In this document: positions 35,568 to 47,799 of the stretch, one piece after another | Position numbering within the stretch: position 1 is the first letter of the stretch | Layout: every line of letters starts with the position of its first letter | Source: Amphiscolops sp. MND2022 | Taxonomy: Eukaryota | DNA: 64,000 nt | Reading direction: 5' to 3' | Assembly: GCA_964187785.1 (NCBI GenBank) | Contig: OZ076415.1 | Location: 20,584,001-20,648,000, forward strand | Made by a program: the position numbers and the translations under genes | Notes under the pieces: generated by a model | Seen by the model: only the letters and a program-made list of their open reading frames with translations | Told to the model about the DNA's origin: nothing | The model's database searches: none

Positions 35568-36214
35568 TTTCTTTCAATCAAGAATTAATCAATCAATTTT
35601 TGGCACAGATGAATATATTATATTGTATTATAGTTCTTTATAATAAGCCAATTGCCAACTATGTAAATATCATTATACAGTAGTATTTAGTTCTGTTTTC
35701 GAATGAAATAAATATATTTTATTATTGATCTTGATTAATAAATAATGCCCGACATTGAATGAGCCAACGGCTGAAGCTCCGAACTATCATGCAGGTGATA
35801 TTGAGTCGTCGTCTATTTCCATGGCAGGGCTAGTTGGAGATGGTCATTTTCGTGTCCTGATATTCAGGGGTGTTGAAAAAAACCAAAAGGTGGTACCATT
35901 CATTTGTGTGTTACTCAATAGCGGTAGTGTGAAAGTGAACAACAAAAAGTTTGACGTCACTTTCTAACTCGGATTATTATTTCAACTAACCAGGCCTACT
36001 TTTCTGGCGAGCGGGAAGAACTTCTGAGGAACAACATCTAAATGTAAAACGGGAATAACGTCTAGAGCCAACTCCTGCTCATTCCTCATCTAAAATTCAA
36101 TGTTTTTAGACGTTATACCCGAAACACTTTCAGACGTTATTCACGCCCCTATACTTTTTTCAAGTCGTATCGTCGCCAAGCGAAATTCCCACAAAACAAG
36201 TTCCACAGCATCTA

Positions 36215-37826
36215 CAGGCTCTGATAAAGAATGGAACCTTTTTGATAATTAAGTTCGGAACGCCTAATGTTTTTGCGAATTTCTCAAACTCAAATTTTCC
36301 AATGAAACGTTTCTCAGATTTTTGTCTAGTTTACATTCTTCTAAAATTGGTAGTCTTACCACTAGTAACCTCTTGCTAAAACGTATGTGAAGAACCTAAA
36401 AACAAGAACTTTCTACCGAAATAACCCTCATACACAAAAGTTACACTAACAACTTAGTCAAGAAAATGTTCGAAATTTTTGTCGGAAGTGTCTAAAACGT
36501 ATGTGAAAATTTTCTTCAAACTGTTTTTCAACCAAGTTTTTTTGATAACGAGTTTGATTTTTTCAGAGATTATTATCCGAGTATTGTAATGAAGTTTTAC
36601 CCATTTATCAAGATCATATCAAGTTACTAGCCGACAAAAATTTCGAAAAAGTATCAAGAAAATGCCGAAAAGAGGAAAGTTGCTATCAGAGTTCGAACAG
36701 GGTCAAATTATTGGGATGACAATCTGGAAGAAGTAAAAGTGAGATTTCGAGACACATCAGCAAAAGCTACAACTGTATCAAGAATTTATTGGCAAGAGAC
36801 GGTGATTATAAACACGAAGGAGGCCCTTCTAAACTGAGTGAGAGAAATAAACAACAAATCAATAGAAAAGCCAACGGAAGGAGCAAAATCATTACGGAAG
36901 ATTAGGAGCGAGCTAAACTTATCAGTTTCTAAAGATACAATCAGAAAATTTCTGATAGAAGAAGGATACAAATACAAGAAAGCTAAAAAACAGCCAGCAC
37001 TCACACCTGGAAAAATAGAGCGAAGGTTGAAATGTGCAAAACAATTGCTAGAAGAGATAACCGAAGGAAAACTTGGCGTGGAAAACTAACTTTCTCAGAC
37101 GAAAAACGATTTCTACTGGACGGACCAGATAGAATGCAGTATTACTGATGTTTGGACGGTGAGGAGAGAAAATCACCAACCAGATTTCGTTTTCATGCAA
37201 GATAACGCTACACCACACACATCCGAGTCAACAAAGGAGTTTTTCAGACAACATAACATCATAATTCTGGATTGGGCTGCGAGCTCACCCGATTGCAATC
37301 CAATAGAACACTTATGGGCGATCATGGTGAGACGTGTTTCCGAAGGTGGAAAGTTTACCATAATGTTGAAGATCTGAAAGAGCTGATAACAGACCTAGTC
37401 AATAGTTTTCCCAAACGCTTCATCCAAGTTGTAGAAGCAAAAGGAGGTCCAACGAAGAGTTACTGAGTTAGTTTTTGCACATTTCCAGGTGTTTTTGTTT
37501 AGAGATGACTAGTTTTCATTTTTCACATACGTTTTAGACACTCCGAAAACCTTAATTTCAAGAAATTCAGACGAAAAAAGTGAAGAAACATGGAAACTTA
37601 CATAAAAACTGATGAAATGTAAAGTTGCGTTGATTTTATCTGTTCAGTATATTTTCATTTACTTTTAGTAAGATGAATATTTTAAAACGTTTTCCACATA
37701 CGTTTTAGCCAGAGTTTATGAGAGACTTTCGCTTCTCCTGATAATATTCTGATAAAAAGATTTGATCAGAAAAATGGGGTCTCCTGAACATTATCAATTA
37801 GGTTCCATTCTTTTTTCACAGGACTG
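36215..37826 (+). mobile_element. Tc1-like DNA transposon, defective
   Basis: TA flanks at 36213-14 and 37827-28. Imperfect TIRs (CAG..CTG..AAAGAATGGAACC) with inner AAAACGTATGTG/CACATACGTTTT repeats. Transposase remnants MPKRGKLLSEFEQGQI, DEKRFLLDGPD, FMQDNATPH and WAASSPDCNPIEHLW, with an internal deletion between the first and second catalytic D. Confidence 0.88.
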
Positions 37827-38559
37827 TAGTGCGATAGATATTATTGACAAGGAGTGAGAAGGGGTCAATCATTCATAGTCGCTTTCAAGTCAGTTTCTCA
37901 GCTTCTTACTGCAGTGCACAAAAACGAATATTGATAGCATTTTGATTCATTGAACGATATTTCACACAGTTTATTTTTTGAGCTGTATATTTTACAAGTT
38001 CGTCATGAAGCATCCTCCATGCAGTTTCTCAAGAAAGTTAAATATATTAACATATAATTTTCCTACTTGAAAATAGAAAAATCTTTTTTTTTCAATCTTC
38101 AATGCAAATCATTGGAGAACACCTTACAAAAAGGTTACCGTTGGCTGGCGATGAAATAAAGACCATGACAAATTGGTAAAATGGGCTCAGTGCAGACAAG
38201 GTTTCATATACAAAAACTTGCTCGCCTATACATCACAGATAAGAGACATTATTTGCAGTATATTTTTCAGTTCAAACTGACAAAATTTATAAATGTTTTG
38301 TTTTATAAATATTTTATACGACAAAATGTTTTATAAATCATTAAACAGTGATTGGTTGGGGTTTCATGGCGAGGGCTCACAGAACACTAGTGCCCATTCC
38401 TCGTCCATTTTGGATGTGCTTATTAAGACTTCCATTCTGTCATTATATTCATATTTTGGAAAACAACGGATCTTTCTAAACATCCAAATCTATTAACTTT
38501 TCAATACGCTCATCAGACATTTTCCTTTTATTCATAATAAAAGTTTTAGTGCGAAACTT

Positions 38560-39500
38560 CTGTGGCTCGGTTCCCGAAGTTTTAAAAACTGCCAATTGTT
38601 TTTTCTCCAAACGAATAACGCTGGTATAGGTGCAAAGTATAAACCAGCTGGTTCTTGCTAGCCTTCTACATTATTCGACATTTTTGAGCCCTTCTTTGAT
38701 ATCAAAACTTTCAAAAATCATTCCAATATTTTTTTGTCTTCACAAACACGACGTGGGTATAGAGGCACAAGGTGGACGAATTGGGGCTTGTCAAAACCAC
38801 TCAGTGCATAAATTTTTCAAGTTCTCAGAAGTACGTTTTTTTGCGACTCTTCTGCCTACCGAAATTCTTCTAAAAATTTTAAAAAACGACAAATTACTCC
38901 GAAAACAAACCGGTGTTATAAGGGGTCTCCTTATAACCGAGAGTATAGGGACCGTCTCGGACAAGCTGATTACACTTGATACCATAAAATTTGTTCCATG
39001 CTTTTCTTGGAATTCATGCCACTCTAGTAAGAGCAAAGCAGTGACCATTCGGGTAGTCTAAAAGCAAGCGATGGGAAGGTTCAGAAGTCTTCTGGGTCAC
39101 TTGATTTTTTTCTACAAATTGTGTAACTCAGTTGAATATCGCCTCTGATCTTTGAGGAGCTGCTTTCTGGTGAGGATATCTTATGCTTCTTTGATATCTG
39201 CTTTTGAATTAGGGGATAATTTGTTGTCTCAGAAACGTTCTAGAAATTTGAAATGCTAGAAAATCTAATTGCCTTCTGAGTGCACGGTTTTCATCATGAA
39301 ATATTTAAGTTTCTGAGGAGTTCATTGCGAGCAATTCGTCGAAGTATCTCTCCTATTTCTGATGCAGACCATCAGTGCAACGCGTTGCTATAGTTCTCAA
39401 TTTAAATTTCCTCCCGAAAGTTCGAATAGTTCAAATGCACGTGATGGAATTCTGAGGACGGCGGTCCCAATTCTGATAAACACGACAGTCAGCATGATAT
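38560..39500 (-). mobile_element. Possible highly degenerate Tc1-like transposase remnant
   Basis: Weak minus-strand echoes only: ILRRIARNE and FMVSSVISLSETVPI (cf. VMVWG.IS..G.GPL). Confidence 0.3.
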
Positions 39501-39768
39501 ACTACGTCTCTGCCATTAATTCAAACTATGTGCCAGGTGTAGCTTTCTTGCTTTTTCTGCACGCGAAATATTTCTTGTCATTCATTTTGGTCTAAATACA
39601 TGTATAGCAGTCTTTTCAATATAGCAGTCTTTTCAATATCTGCTTTATACTAGTCGAACTGTTCAAAATTGATAGAACCAGTCAATGTATTTTAACCATT
39701 CATTCATATTTGTGAACTAGTCAGACTACATACTTTATAAAACCACAACTATCTCGAAACCATTCGAA

Positions 39769-41953
39769 ATGTCTTCGCTGCAAAATATTCGGACACGTGA
39801 AGATGCCAGGTCGTATTTTTCTTCTGTTTGCGGTGACGTTTCAACTGTTGCACCTGAGATTTTGGAGCAGCATTTTCTACAATTGGAAAAATCGGATTTG
39901 TCTGATGACTTGAAATATTCGATGGCTGCTTTGAGCAATTACGTGGGGGTCGCATACCTTGATGAAGATGACTTAATCAAAGCCCAGAAGTTCTTGGAGC
40001 TGAGTGTTGGGTATTACGAAATGTTGGAGCCGAATGATGACAGAGACTTTCAGTGTTCTAAGACTTCGGCCTTATTGTATCTGAATTTATGCTTAATTTA
40101 TAGTCATGATCAATTGGACAAAGTAACGCGTTTTTTACATGAATGCAAGTCTCAAAACTTGACCCCATTCAATGAAGCCTTGCTATTTCTGGCTATTAAT
40201 GAATTGAAATTTTTCCTTGATACTGAAACTCCTAAAAACTTCGATGACGATAACGATCATATTGAGGATGTAATTTTTTATCGAGTCCACGAAGCGTATG
40301 ACAATTTACTGGATCGCTATTTGGAATCTGATGGCGCTATTTTCGGAGAGGAATGCAAAGATCTAGAGGGCGAAGATGAGCAACTTCTTCTGGTTAAAAT
40401 GTTGGTTCGAAGAGAAGTTCATATCCCTGAAATTGTATGTTTGTACGGAGATGATCCGACAAAACTGCGAGAACAGAAAAATCGGAAGAAGTTGTTCCCT
40501 TGCCAATGCCCTTTATGCTAAAGGTATAGGCCATATGAAAGAAAATGAAAATGAAAAAGCAAAAGAATGTTTCGATTCTTGTATTTCTATTCGTCGGGAG
40601 AAGTTAGGAGAACACCATGTATTAACGGCTAAAGTCAAGTTTCAACTCGGGCGTTTGTTTTTCCAGCAACAATCTTCATCTCCTCAAAGTCTACCGAATC
40701 CCAAGAGCTATCAGAAGATGGAGGAAGCTTTGGCCATTTTGAAGAAAGACAGCAGTGGACGTTTTTTGTTGTTCATTTCGCTGAGCGAGGTTTTGGCCGA
40801 ACTGCTGTTCGCAAATGGAATAATTCAAAGCTCTATTGAAGCTTTGGAAGACTGTTTGGACTTCGATTATGTTCACAGTGGCCGGGTTTTTGATGAACCC
40901 ACGTATCGTCTTCGAATATCAATTAAAATTGCTGAAATTTATATGGACTGGAAAAAATATCAGACTGCTCTCGATTTGTTCATGAAAGCTGCTGAGTATT
41001 CTGAAAGGAAGGATGTAGATGATCGAACGGAGTTAGTGATTAGACATCTTACGGGAAGGGCTTACTGTCACTTTGAGATGAACAACTTTCTCCCAGCCAC
41101 TTTTTATTTCGAATTAGTTGACGAGTTGTTCGATTATTGCCCTGAGTCATGGAAAGTGCTAAGTTGTAATCTTCTGCGATGTATATTTTTATTGAAAAAC
41201 AACCAAGCCATGTGGAAGGTTGTGGATGCTTTTCAACATAGTATGATGAATTTTCTGATGCTCCAATTCGGTTTCTCAAAGACAATTTTTCTCGATGAAC
41301 TAACCGCTTGTGTTCGTGTTCATTCCCAACTGGGTCTCATTCATGAACTTATGAGTAAACCCTTGCCGCTTGCGGAAAATTTTTACCTGGATGCATTGAA
41401 ACTTTGCGAAGTAGCCCCGATATCTTGCCATCCTGTTCAATGCGATACCTTACTGCGTCTAGCTAAATTTTACTGGAAGCAAACCAAAGTGACAGATTGC
41501 GAGACGTATGTAAAGAAATCATTACCACTGTCTTTCCGAATATTCGGCCCCAATGATGAAAATGTCCGACAGGGTTTTGAGATTCTGACACAATTGGTTG
41601 ACCATCGGAAAGATATTCGCAAAGCCAGTACTGTGTTCACCTCCTATATGAACGCTCTCTCTCGGGTCAACTTACTGGACGACTCAGAGTTCACAGCATC
41701 CTTCTGCTTCAATTTTGCCCAAAGACTATTCAATCATATTAACTGCGGACAACCCGAGTTGGCCAAATGCAACGATCTTTTCTCCAGATCTTGGCGAGTC
41801 TTCACGAAAGTCTTGGGTAGCAAAAACGCGAAAACTGCAAAAACTCAAAAACTGTTGGGTATATGTAATTTGAAGCTGGGAAATGTTAAGGTCGCCGAAT
41901 GGCATTTATTCAACGCAGCTGTTTTGATGCTTCAAAGTAATATGGGAAATTGA
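39769..41953 (+). pseudogene. TPR-like family paralog 2, one frameshift near 40435-40441
   Basis: ORFs 39769-40521 and 40376-41953 join to give a full-length protein colinear with paralogs 1 and 3 (EI..CTEMIRQ vs EIHERCAELIRQ). This is either a real lesion or an assembly error. Confidence 0.75.
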
Positions 41954-42617
41954 ACTCCCCGCTTCCGCGAAACTTACTCTACGGTTCCTATTAAGAGTTG
42001 TGAATATATCTTGTGGAATAACTAGAGGTCCAAAATCAAAATGAGTGGGTGACCCTTGAGTTGGGGGATAGGAAAAAATCTAAGTGTATTTTTCCTGAAA
42101 GTTTGTATGTTTTTTTGCTGTCATTAGTAATATTTCTGCATCAGGTGGAATATTAAAGCGGGCTAGTTTTTTTCGCATTATACCGCATCGTGTCATTCTT
42201 CATGAGTTTATATTGCTACAACACTGACCAGCTAGTTCAAATTACTTAGGAATTCTTTACGAAATTGTTCATATCTGTCGATTCGGGTTTGCGTCCGTTC
42301 ATAACCCGCTTTTTAATTTTGGAGTGTCAATAGCAGGGTGGTTTTCAATCGGAGGGGTCCATTTTGAGATTCATACAACAGGAATGGTATGATTGTTACG
42401 AGGAACTACAGGGTACGTTTATCTATTTTCACTTGAATAGATGTAAAACTCAAGCATATTGTATTAACAATGATGAGAAGCTATTTCTAAAACTCCGAAT
42501 TTTAATAAATATTTCAATTTCATTCTTTAATTACTGTTCTCATGGTGAGTGTTTTCATTATTTTCATTATAGGAGCGGTCTGATTGTATAACTCTGTGCA
42601 TTACACAGGCTTTTTGG

Positions 42618-43320
42618 ATAGAATAGAATAGAATAAAGTGAAGTAATCATTTGTTGCCAAGAGGCGTACAAATTACAAAATGGTTAGGTTTTTACATGTC
42701 AAATTTAGCACAACAGATGGTACGGATAGATTCGCACAAGGAGGCGAGGTTTCTCAGTTGAGTATTATTAGTGGAGTCCATCAGCTGGTCAAATTTTATG
42801 ACATTCGGATACTTATACAAAAATTCCGACAGGAGCTCTTCTCTCTTTTCGCTAAATTCATTACAGGTTAACAACAGATGATATTAATCTGGGTTACATT
42901 TCAAACCACAAAAAGGGCATACAAGGCTGGTTTCGTTTGCTATTTTGTTACGCACAATGGGTAAAAAAGATGGGGCACACCTGAACGTAGATAGCTCTGT
43001 CCTCTCGCGTGGTTTTAAACAATGTAAATAACTCTCAAACTTCAGCTGATGTTTGAAGGTGCTATAGGTCTCACATAAAGAACTTGTTCGTATCTTTGCA
43101 TGCCAAGATTGAATTGCAAGGTCTAGGCAGCAACGTTTGACAAAATTGCGAAATTCACCATCGTTTATGAAGTTAGCGTACTCATTTGCTCGTGGTATGC
43201 CACAATTAATTAGAATGTTTTTTATCGAGGTCAGCCATTTATTCTCGAAATTGTTTTCGACAATTGCTCCGTAGATCATATTGGAGTAATTACCGTTCTC
43301 TCTCGCGATGCTTTTCCAAA
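42618..43320 (-). mobile_element. LINE 3' fragment (duplicated copy 1)
   Basis: Same sequence as the 3' part of the LINE at 47800-50200, with a (TATTC)n tail and C-terminal CPFC..DEYH...C. Confidence 0.9.
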
Positions 43321-44550
43321 AAGCTTTGGCTATTTTGAAGAAAGACAGCAGTGGACGTTTTTTGTTGTTTCTTTTCACTGAGCGAGGTTTTGGCCGAACT
43401 GCTGTTCGCAAATGGAATAATTCAACGCTCTATTGAAGCTTTGGAAGACTATTTGGACTTCGATTATGTTCACAGTGGCCGGGTTTTTGATGAACCCATG
43501 TATCGCCTTCGAATATCAATTAAAATTGCTGAAATTTATATGGACCGGGAAAAATATCAGACTGCTCTCGATTGGTTCATGAAAGCTGCCGAGTATTCTG
43601 AAAGGAAGGATGTAGATGATCGAACGGAGTTAGTGATTAGACATCTTACAGGAAGGGCTTACTGTCACTTCGAGATGAACAACTTTCTCCCAGCCACTTT
43701 ATATTTCGAATTAGTTGACGAGTTTTTCGATTATTGCCCTGAGTCATGGAAAGTGCTAAGTTGTAATCTTCTGCGATGTATATTTTTATTGAAAAACAAC
43801 CAAGCCATGTGGAAGGTTGTGGATGCTTTTCAACATAGTATGATGAATTTTCTGACGCTCCAATTCGGTTTCTCAAAGACAATTTTTCTCGATGAACTAA
43901 CCGCTTGTGTTCGTGTTCATTCCCAACTGGGTCTCATTCATGAACTTATGAGTAAACCCTTGCCGCTTGCGGAAAATTTTTACCTGGATGCATTGAAACT
44001 TTGCGAAGTAGCCCCGATATCTTGCCATCCTGTTCAATGCGATACCTTACTGCGTCTAGCTAAATTTTACTGGAAGCAAACCAAAGTGACAGATTGCGAG
44101 ACGTATGTAAAGAAATCATTACTACTGTCTTTCCGAATATTCGGCCCCAATGATGAAAATGTCCGACAGGGTTTTGAGATTCTGACACAATTGGTTGACC
44201 ATCGGAAAGACATTCGCAAAGCCAGTACTGTGTTCACCTCCTATATGAACGCTCTCTCTCGGGTCAACTTACTGGACGACTCAGAGTTCACAGCATCCTT
44301 CTGCTTCAATTTTGCCCAAAGACTATTCAATCATATTAACTGCGGACAACCCGAGTTGGCCAAATGCAACGATCTTTTCTCCAGATCTTGGCGAGTCTTC
44401 ACGAAAGTCTTGGGTAGCAAAAACGCGAAAACTGCAAAAACTCAAAAACTGTTGGGTATATGTAATTTGAAGCTGGGAAATGTTAAGGTCGCCGAATGGC
44501 ATTTATTCAACGCAGCTGTTTTGATGCTTCAAAGTAATATGGGAAATTGA
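43321..44550 (+). pseudogene. 5'-truncated duplicate of TPR paralog 2
   Basis: C-terminal ~400 codons are open, but the promoter and N-terminus are missing and there is a +1 indel at ~43370. The first in-frame ATG is at 43498. Confidence 0.8.
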
Positions 44551-45214
44551 ACTCCCCGCTTCCGCGAAACTTACTCTACGGTTCCTATTAAGAGTTGTGA
44601 ATATATCTTGTGGAATAACTAGAGGTCCAAAATCAAAATGAGTGGGTGACCCTTGAGTTGGGGGATAGGAAAAAATCTAAGTGTATTTTTCCTGAAAGTT
44701 TGTATGTTTTTTTGCTGTCATTAGTAATATTTCTGCATCAGGTAGAATATTAAAGCGGGCTAGTTTTTTTCGCATTATACCGCATCGTGTCATTCTTCAT
44801 GAGTTTATATTGCTACAACACTGACCAGCTAGTTCAAATTACTTAGGAATTCTTTACGAAATTGTTCATATCTGTCGATTCGGGTTTGCGTCCGTTCATA
44901 ACCCGCTTTTTAATTTTGGAGTGTCAATAGCAGGGTGGTTTTCAATCGGAGGGGTCCATTTTGAGATTCATACAACAGGAATGGTATGATTGTTACGAGG
45001 AACTACAGGGTACGTTTATCTATTTTCACTTGAATAGATGTAAAACTCAAGCATATTGTATTAACAATGATGAGAAGCTATTTCTAAAACTCCGAATTTT
45101 AATAAATATTTCAATTTCATTCTTTAATTACTGTTCTCATGGTGAGTGTTTTCATTATTTTCATTATAGGAGCGGTCTGATTGTATAACTCTGTGCATTA
45201 CACAGGCTTTTTGG

Positions 45215-45917
45215 ATAGAATAGAATAGAATAAAGTGAATTAATCATTTGTTGCCAAGAGGCGTACAAATTACAAAATGGTTAGGTTTTTACATGTCAAA
45301 TTTAGCACAACAGATGGTACGGATAGATTCGCACAAGGAGGCGAGGTTTCTCAGTTGAGTATTATTAGTGGAGTCCATCAGCTGGTCAAATTTTATGACA
45401 TTCGGATACTTATACAAAAATTCCGACAGGAGCTCTTCTCTCTTTTCGCTAAATTCATTACAGGTTAACAACAGATGATATTAATCTGGGTTACATTTCA
45501 AACCACAAAAAGGGCATACAAGGCTGGTTTCGTTTGCTATTTTGTTACGCACAATGGGTAAAAAAGATGGGGCACACCTGAACGTAGATAGCTGTGTCCT
45601 CTCGCGTGGTTTTAAACAATGTAAATAACTCTCCAACTTCAGCTGATGTTTGAAGGTGCTATAGGTCTCACATAAAGAACTTGTTCGTATCTTTGCATGC
45701 CAAGATTGAATTGCAAGGTCTAGGCAGCAACGTTTGACAAAATTGCGAAATTCACCATCGTTTATGAAGTTAGCGTACTCATTTGCTCGTGGTATGCCAC
45801 AATTAATTAGAATGTTTTTTATCGAGATCAGCCATTTATTCTCGAAATTGTTTTCGACAATTGCTCCGTAGATCATATTGGAGTAATTACCGTTCTCTCT
45901 CGCAATGCTTTTCCAAA
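45215..45917 (-). mobile_element. LINE 3' fragment (duplicated copy 2)
   Basis: Same structure as 42618-43320. Confidence 0.9.
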
Positions 45918-47147
45918 AAGCTTTGGCTATTTTGAAGAAAGACAGCAGTGGACGTTTTTTGTTGTTTCTTTTCACTGAGCGAGGTTTTGGCCGAACTGCT
46001 GTTCGCAAATGGAATAATTCAACGCTCTATTGAAGCTTTGGAAGACTATTTGGACTTCGATTATGTTCACAGTGGCCGGGTTTTTGATGAACCCATGTAT
46101 CGCCTTCGAATATCAATTAAAATTGCTGAAATTTATATGGACCGGGAAAAATATCAGACTGCTCTCGATTGGTTCATGAAAGCTGCCGAGTATTCTGAAA
46201 GGAAGGATGTAGATGATCGAACGGAGTTAGTGATTAGACATCTTACAGGAAGGGCTTACTGTCACTTCGAGATGAACAACTTTCTCCCAGCCACTTTATA
46301 TTTCGAATTAGTTGACGAGTTTTTCGATTATTGCCCTGAGTCATGGAAAGTGCTAAGTTGTAATCTTCTGCGATGTATATTTTTATTGAAAAACAACCAA
46401 GCCATGTGGAAGGTTGTGGATGCTTTTCAACATAGTATGATGAATTTTCTGACGCTCCAATTCGGTTTCTCAAAGACAATTTTTCTCGATGAACTAACCG
46501 CTTGTGTTCGTGTTCATTCCCAACTGGGTCTCATTCATGAACTTATGAGTAAACCCTTGCCGCTTGCGGAAAATTTTTACCTGGATGCATTGAAACTTTG
46601 CGAAGTAGCCCCGATATCTTGCCATCCTGTTCAATGCGATACCTTACTGCGTCTAGCTGAATTTTACTGGAAGCAAACCAAAGTGACAGATTGCGAGACG
46701 TATGTAAAGAAATCATTACTACTGTCTTTCCGAATATTCGGCCCCAATGATGAAAATGTCCGACAGGGTTTTGAGATTCTGACACAATTGGTTGACCATC
46801 GGAAAGACATTCGCAAAGCCAGTACTGTGTTCACCTCCTATATGAACGCTCTCTCTCGGGTCAACTTACTGGACGACTCAGAGTTCACAGCATCCTTCTG
46901 CTTCAATTTTGCCCAAAGACTATTCAATCATATTAACTGCGGACAACCCGAGTTGGCCAAATGCAACGATCTTTTCTCCAGATCTTGGCGAGTCTTCACG
47001 AAAGTCTTGGGTAGCAAAAACGCGAAAACTGCAAAAACTCAAAAACTGTTGGGTATATGTAATTTGAAGCTGGGAAATGTTAAGGTCGCCGAATGGCATT
47101 TATTCAACGCAGCTGTTTTGATGCTTCAAAGTAATATGGGAAATTGA
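45918..47147 (+). pseudogene. 5'-truncated duplicate of TPR paralog 2 (third copy)
   Basis: Protein differs from 43351-44550 by one residue (LAKFY vs LAEFY). Confidence 0.8.
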
Positions 47148-47799
47148 ACTCCCCGCTTCCGCGAAACTTACTCTATGGTTCCTATTAAGAGTTGTGAATA
47201 TATCTTGTGGAATAACTAGAGGTCCAAAATCAAAATGAGTGGGTGACCCTTGAGTTGGGGGATAGGAAAAAATCTAAGTGTATTTTTCCTGAAAGTTGTA
47301 TATTTTTTTGCTGTCATTAGTAATATTTCGGCATCAGGTGAAATATTAAAGCGGGCCAGTTTTTTTCGCATTATACCGCATCGTGTCATTCTTCATGAGT
47401 TTACATTGCTACACTGACCAGCTAGTTCAAATTACTTAGGAATTCTTTACGAAATTGTTCATATCTGTCGATTCGGGTTTCCGTCCGTTCATAACCCGCT
47501 TTTTAATTTTGGAGTGTCAATAGCAGGGTGGTTTTCAATCGGAGGGGGTCCATCTTGAGATTCATACAACAGGAATGGTATGATAGTTACGAGGAACTAC
47601 AGGGTACGTTTATCTATTTTCACTGGAATAGATGTAAAACTCAAGCATATTGTATTAACAATGATGAGAAGCTATTTCTAAAACTCCGAATTTTAATAAA
47701 TATTTCAATTTCATTCTTTAATTACTGTTCTCATGGTGAGTGTTTTCATTATAGGAGCGGTCTGATTGTATAACTCTGTGCATTACACAGGCTTTTTGG

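Noticed and set aside
40435-40450. 16-nt GTATGT...AG segment whose removal would fix the TPR2 frameshift
   Set aside because: It is far shorter than the other introns here (68 nt or more in EDC4), and it would delete the C-T-E residues conserved in paralog 3.
42884-43411. Chimeric minus-strand ORF (antisense TPR plus LINE C-terminus), also at 45481-46008, as a new gene
   Set aside because: It starts at a non-ATG codon and is a by-product of the duplication junction.
42364-47773. Short ORFs repeated three times (RFIQQEWYD.., MVRFLHVK..)
   Set aside because: The recurrence is explained entirely by the recent triplication, and there are no protein features.
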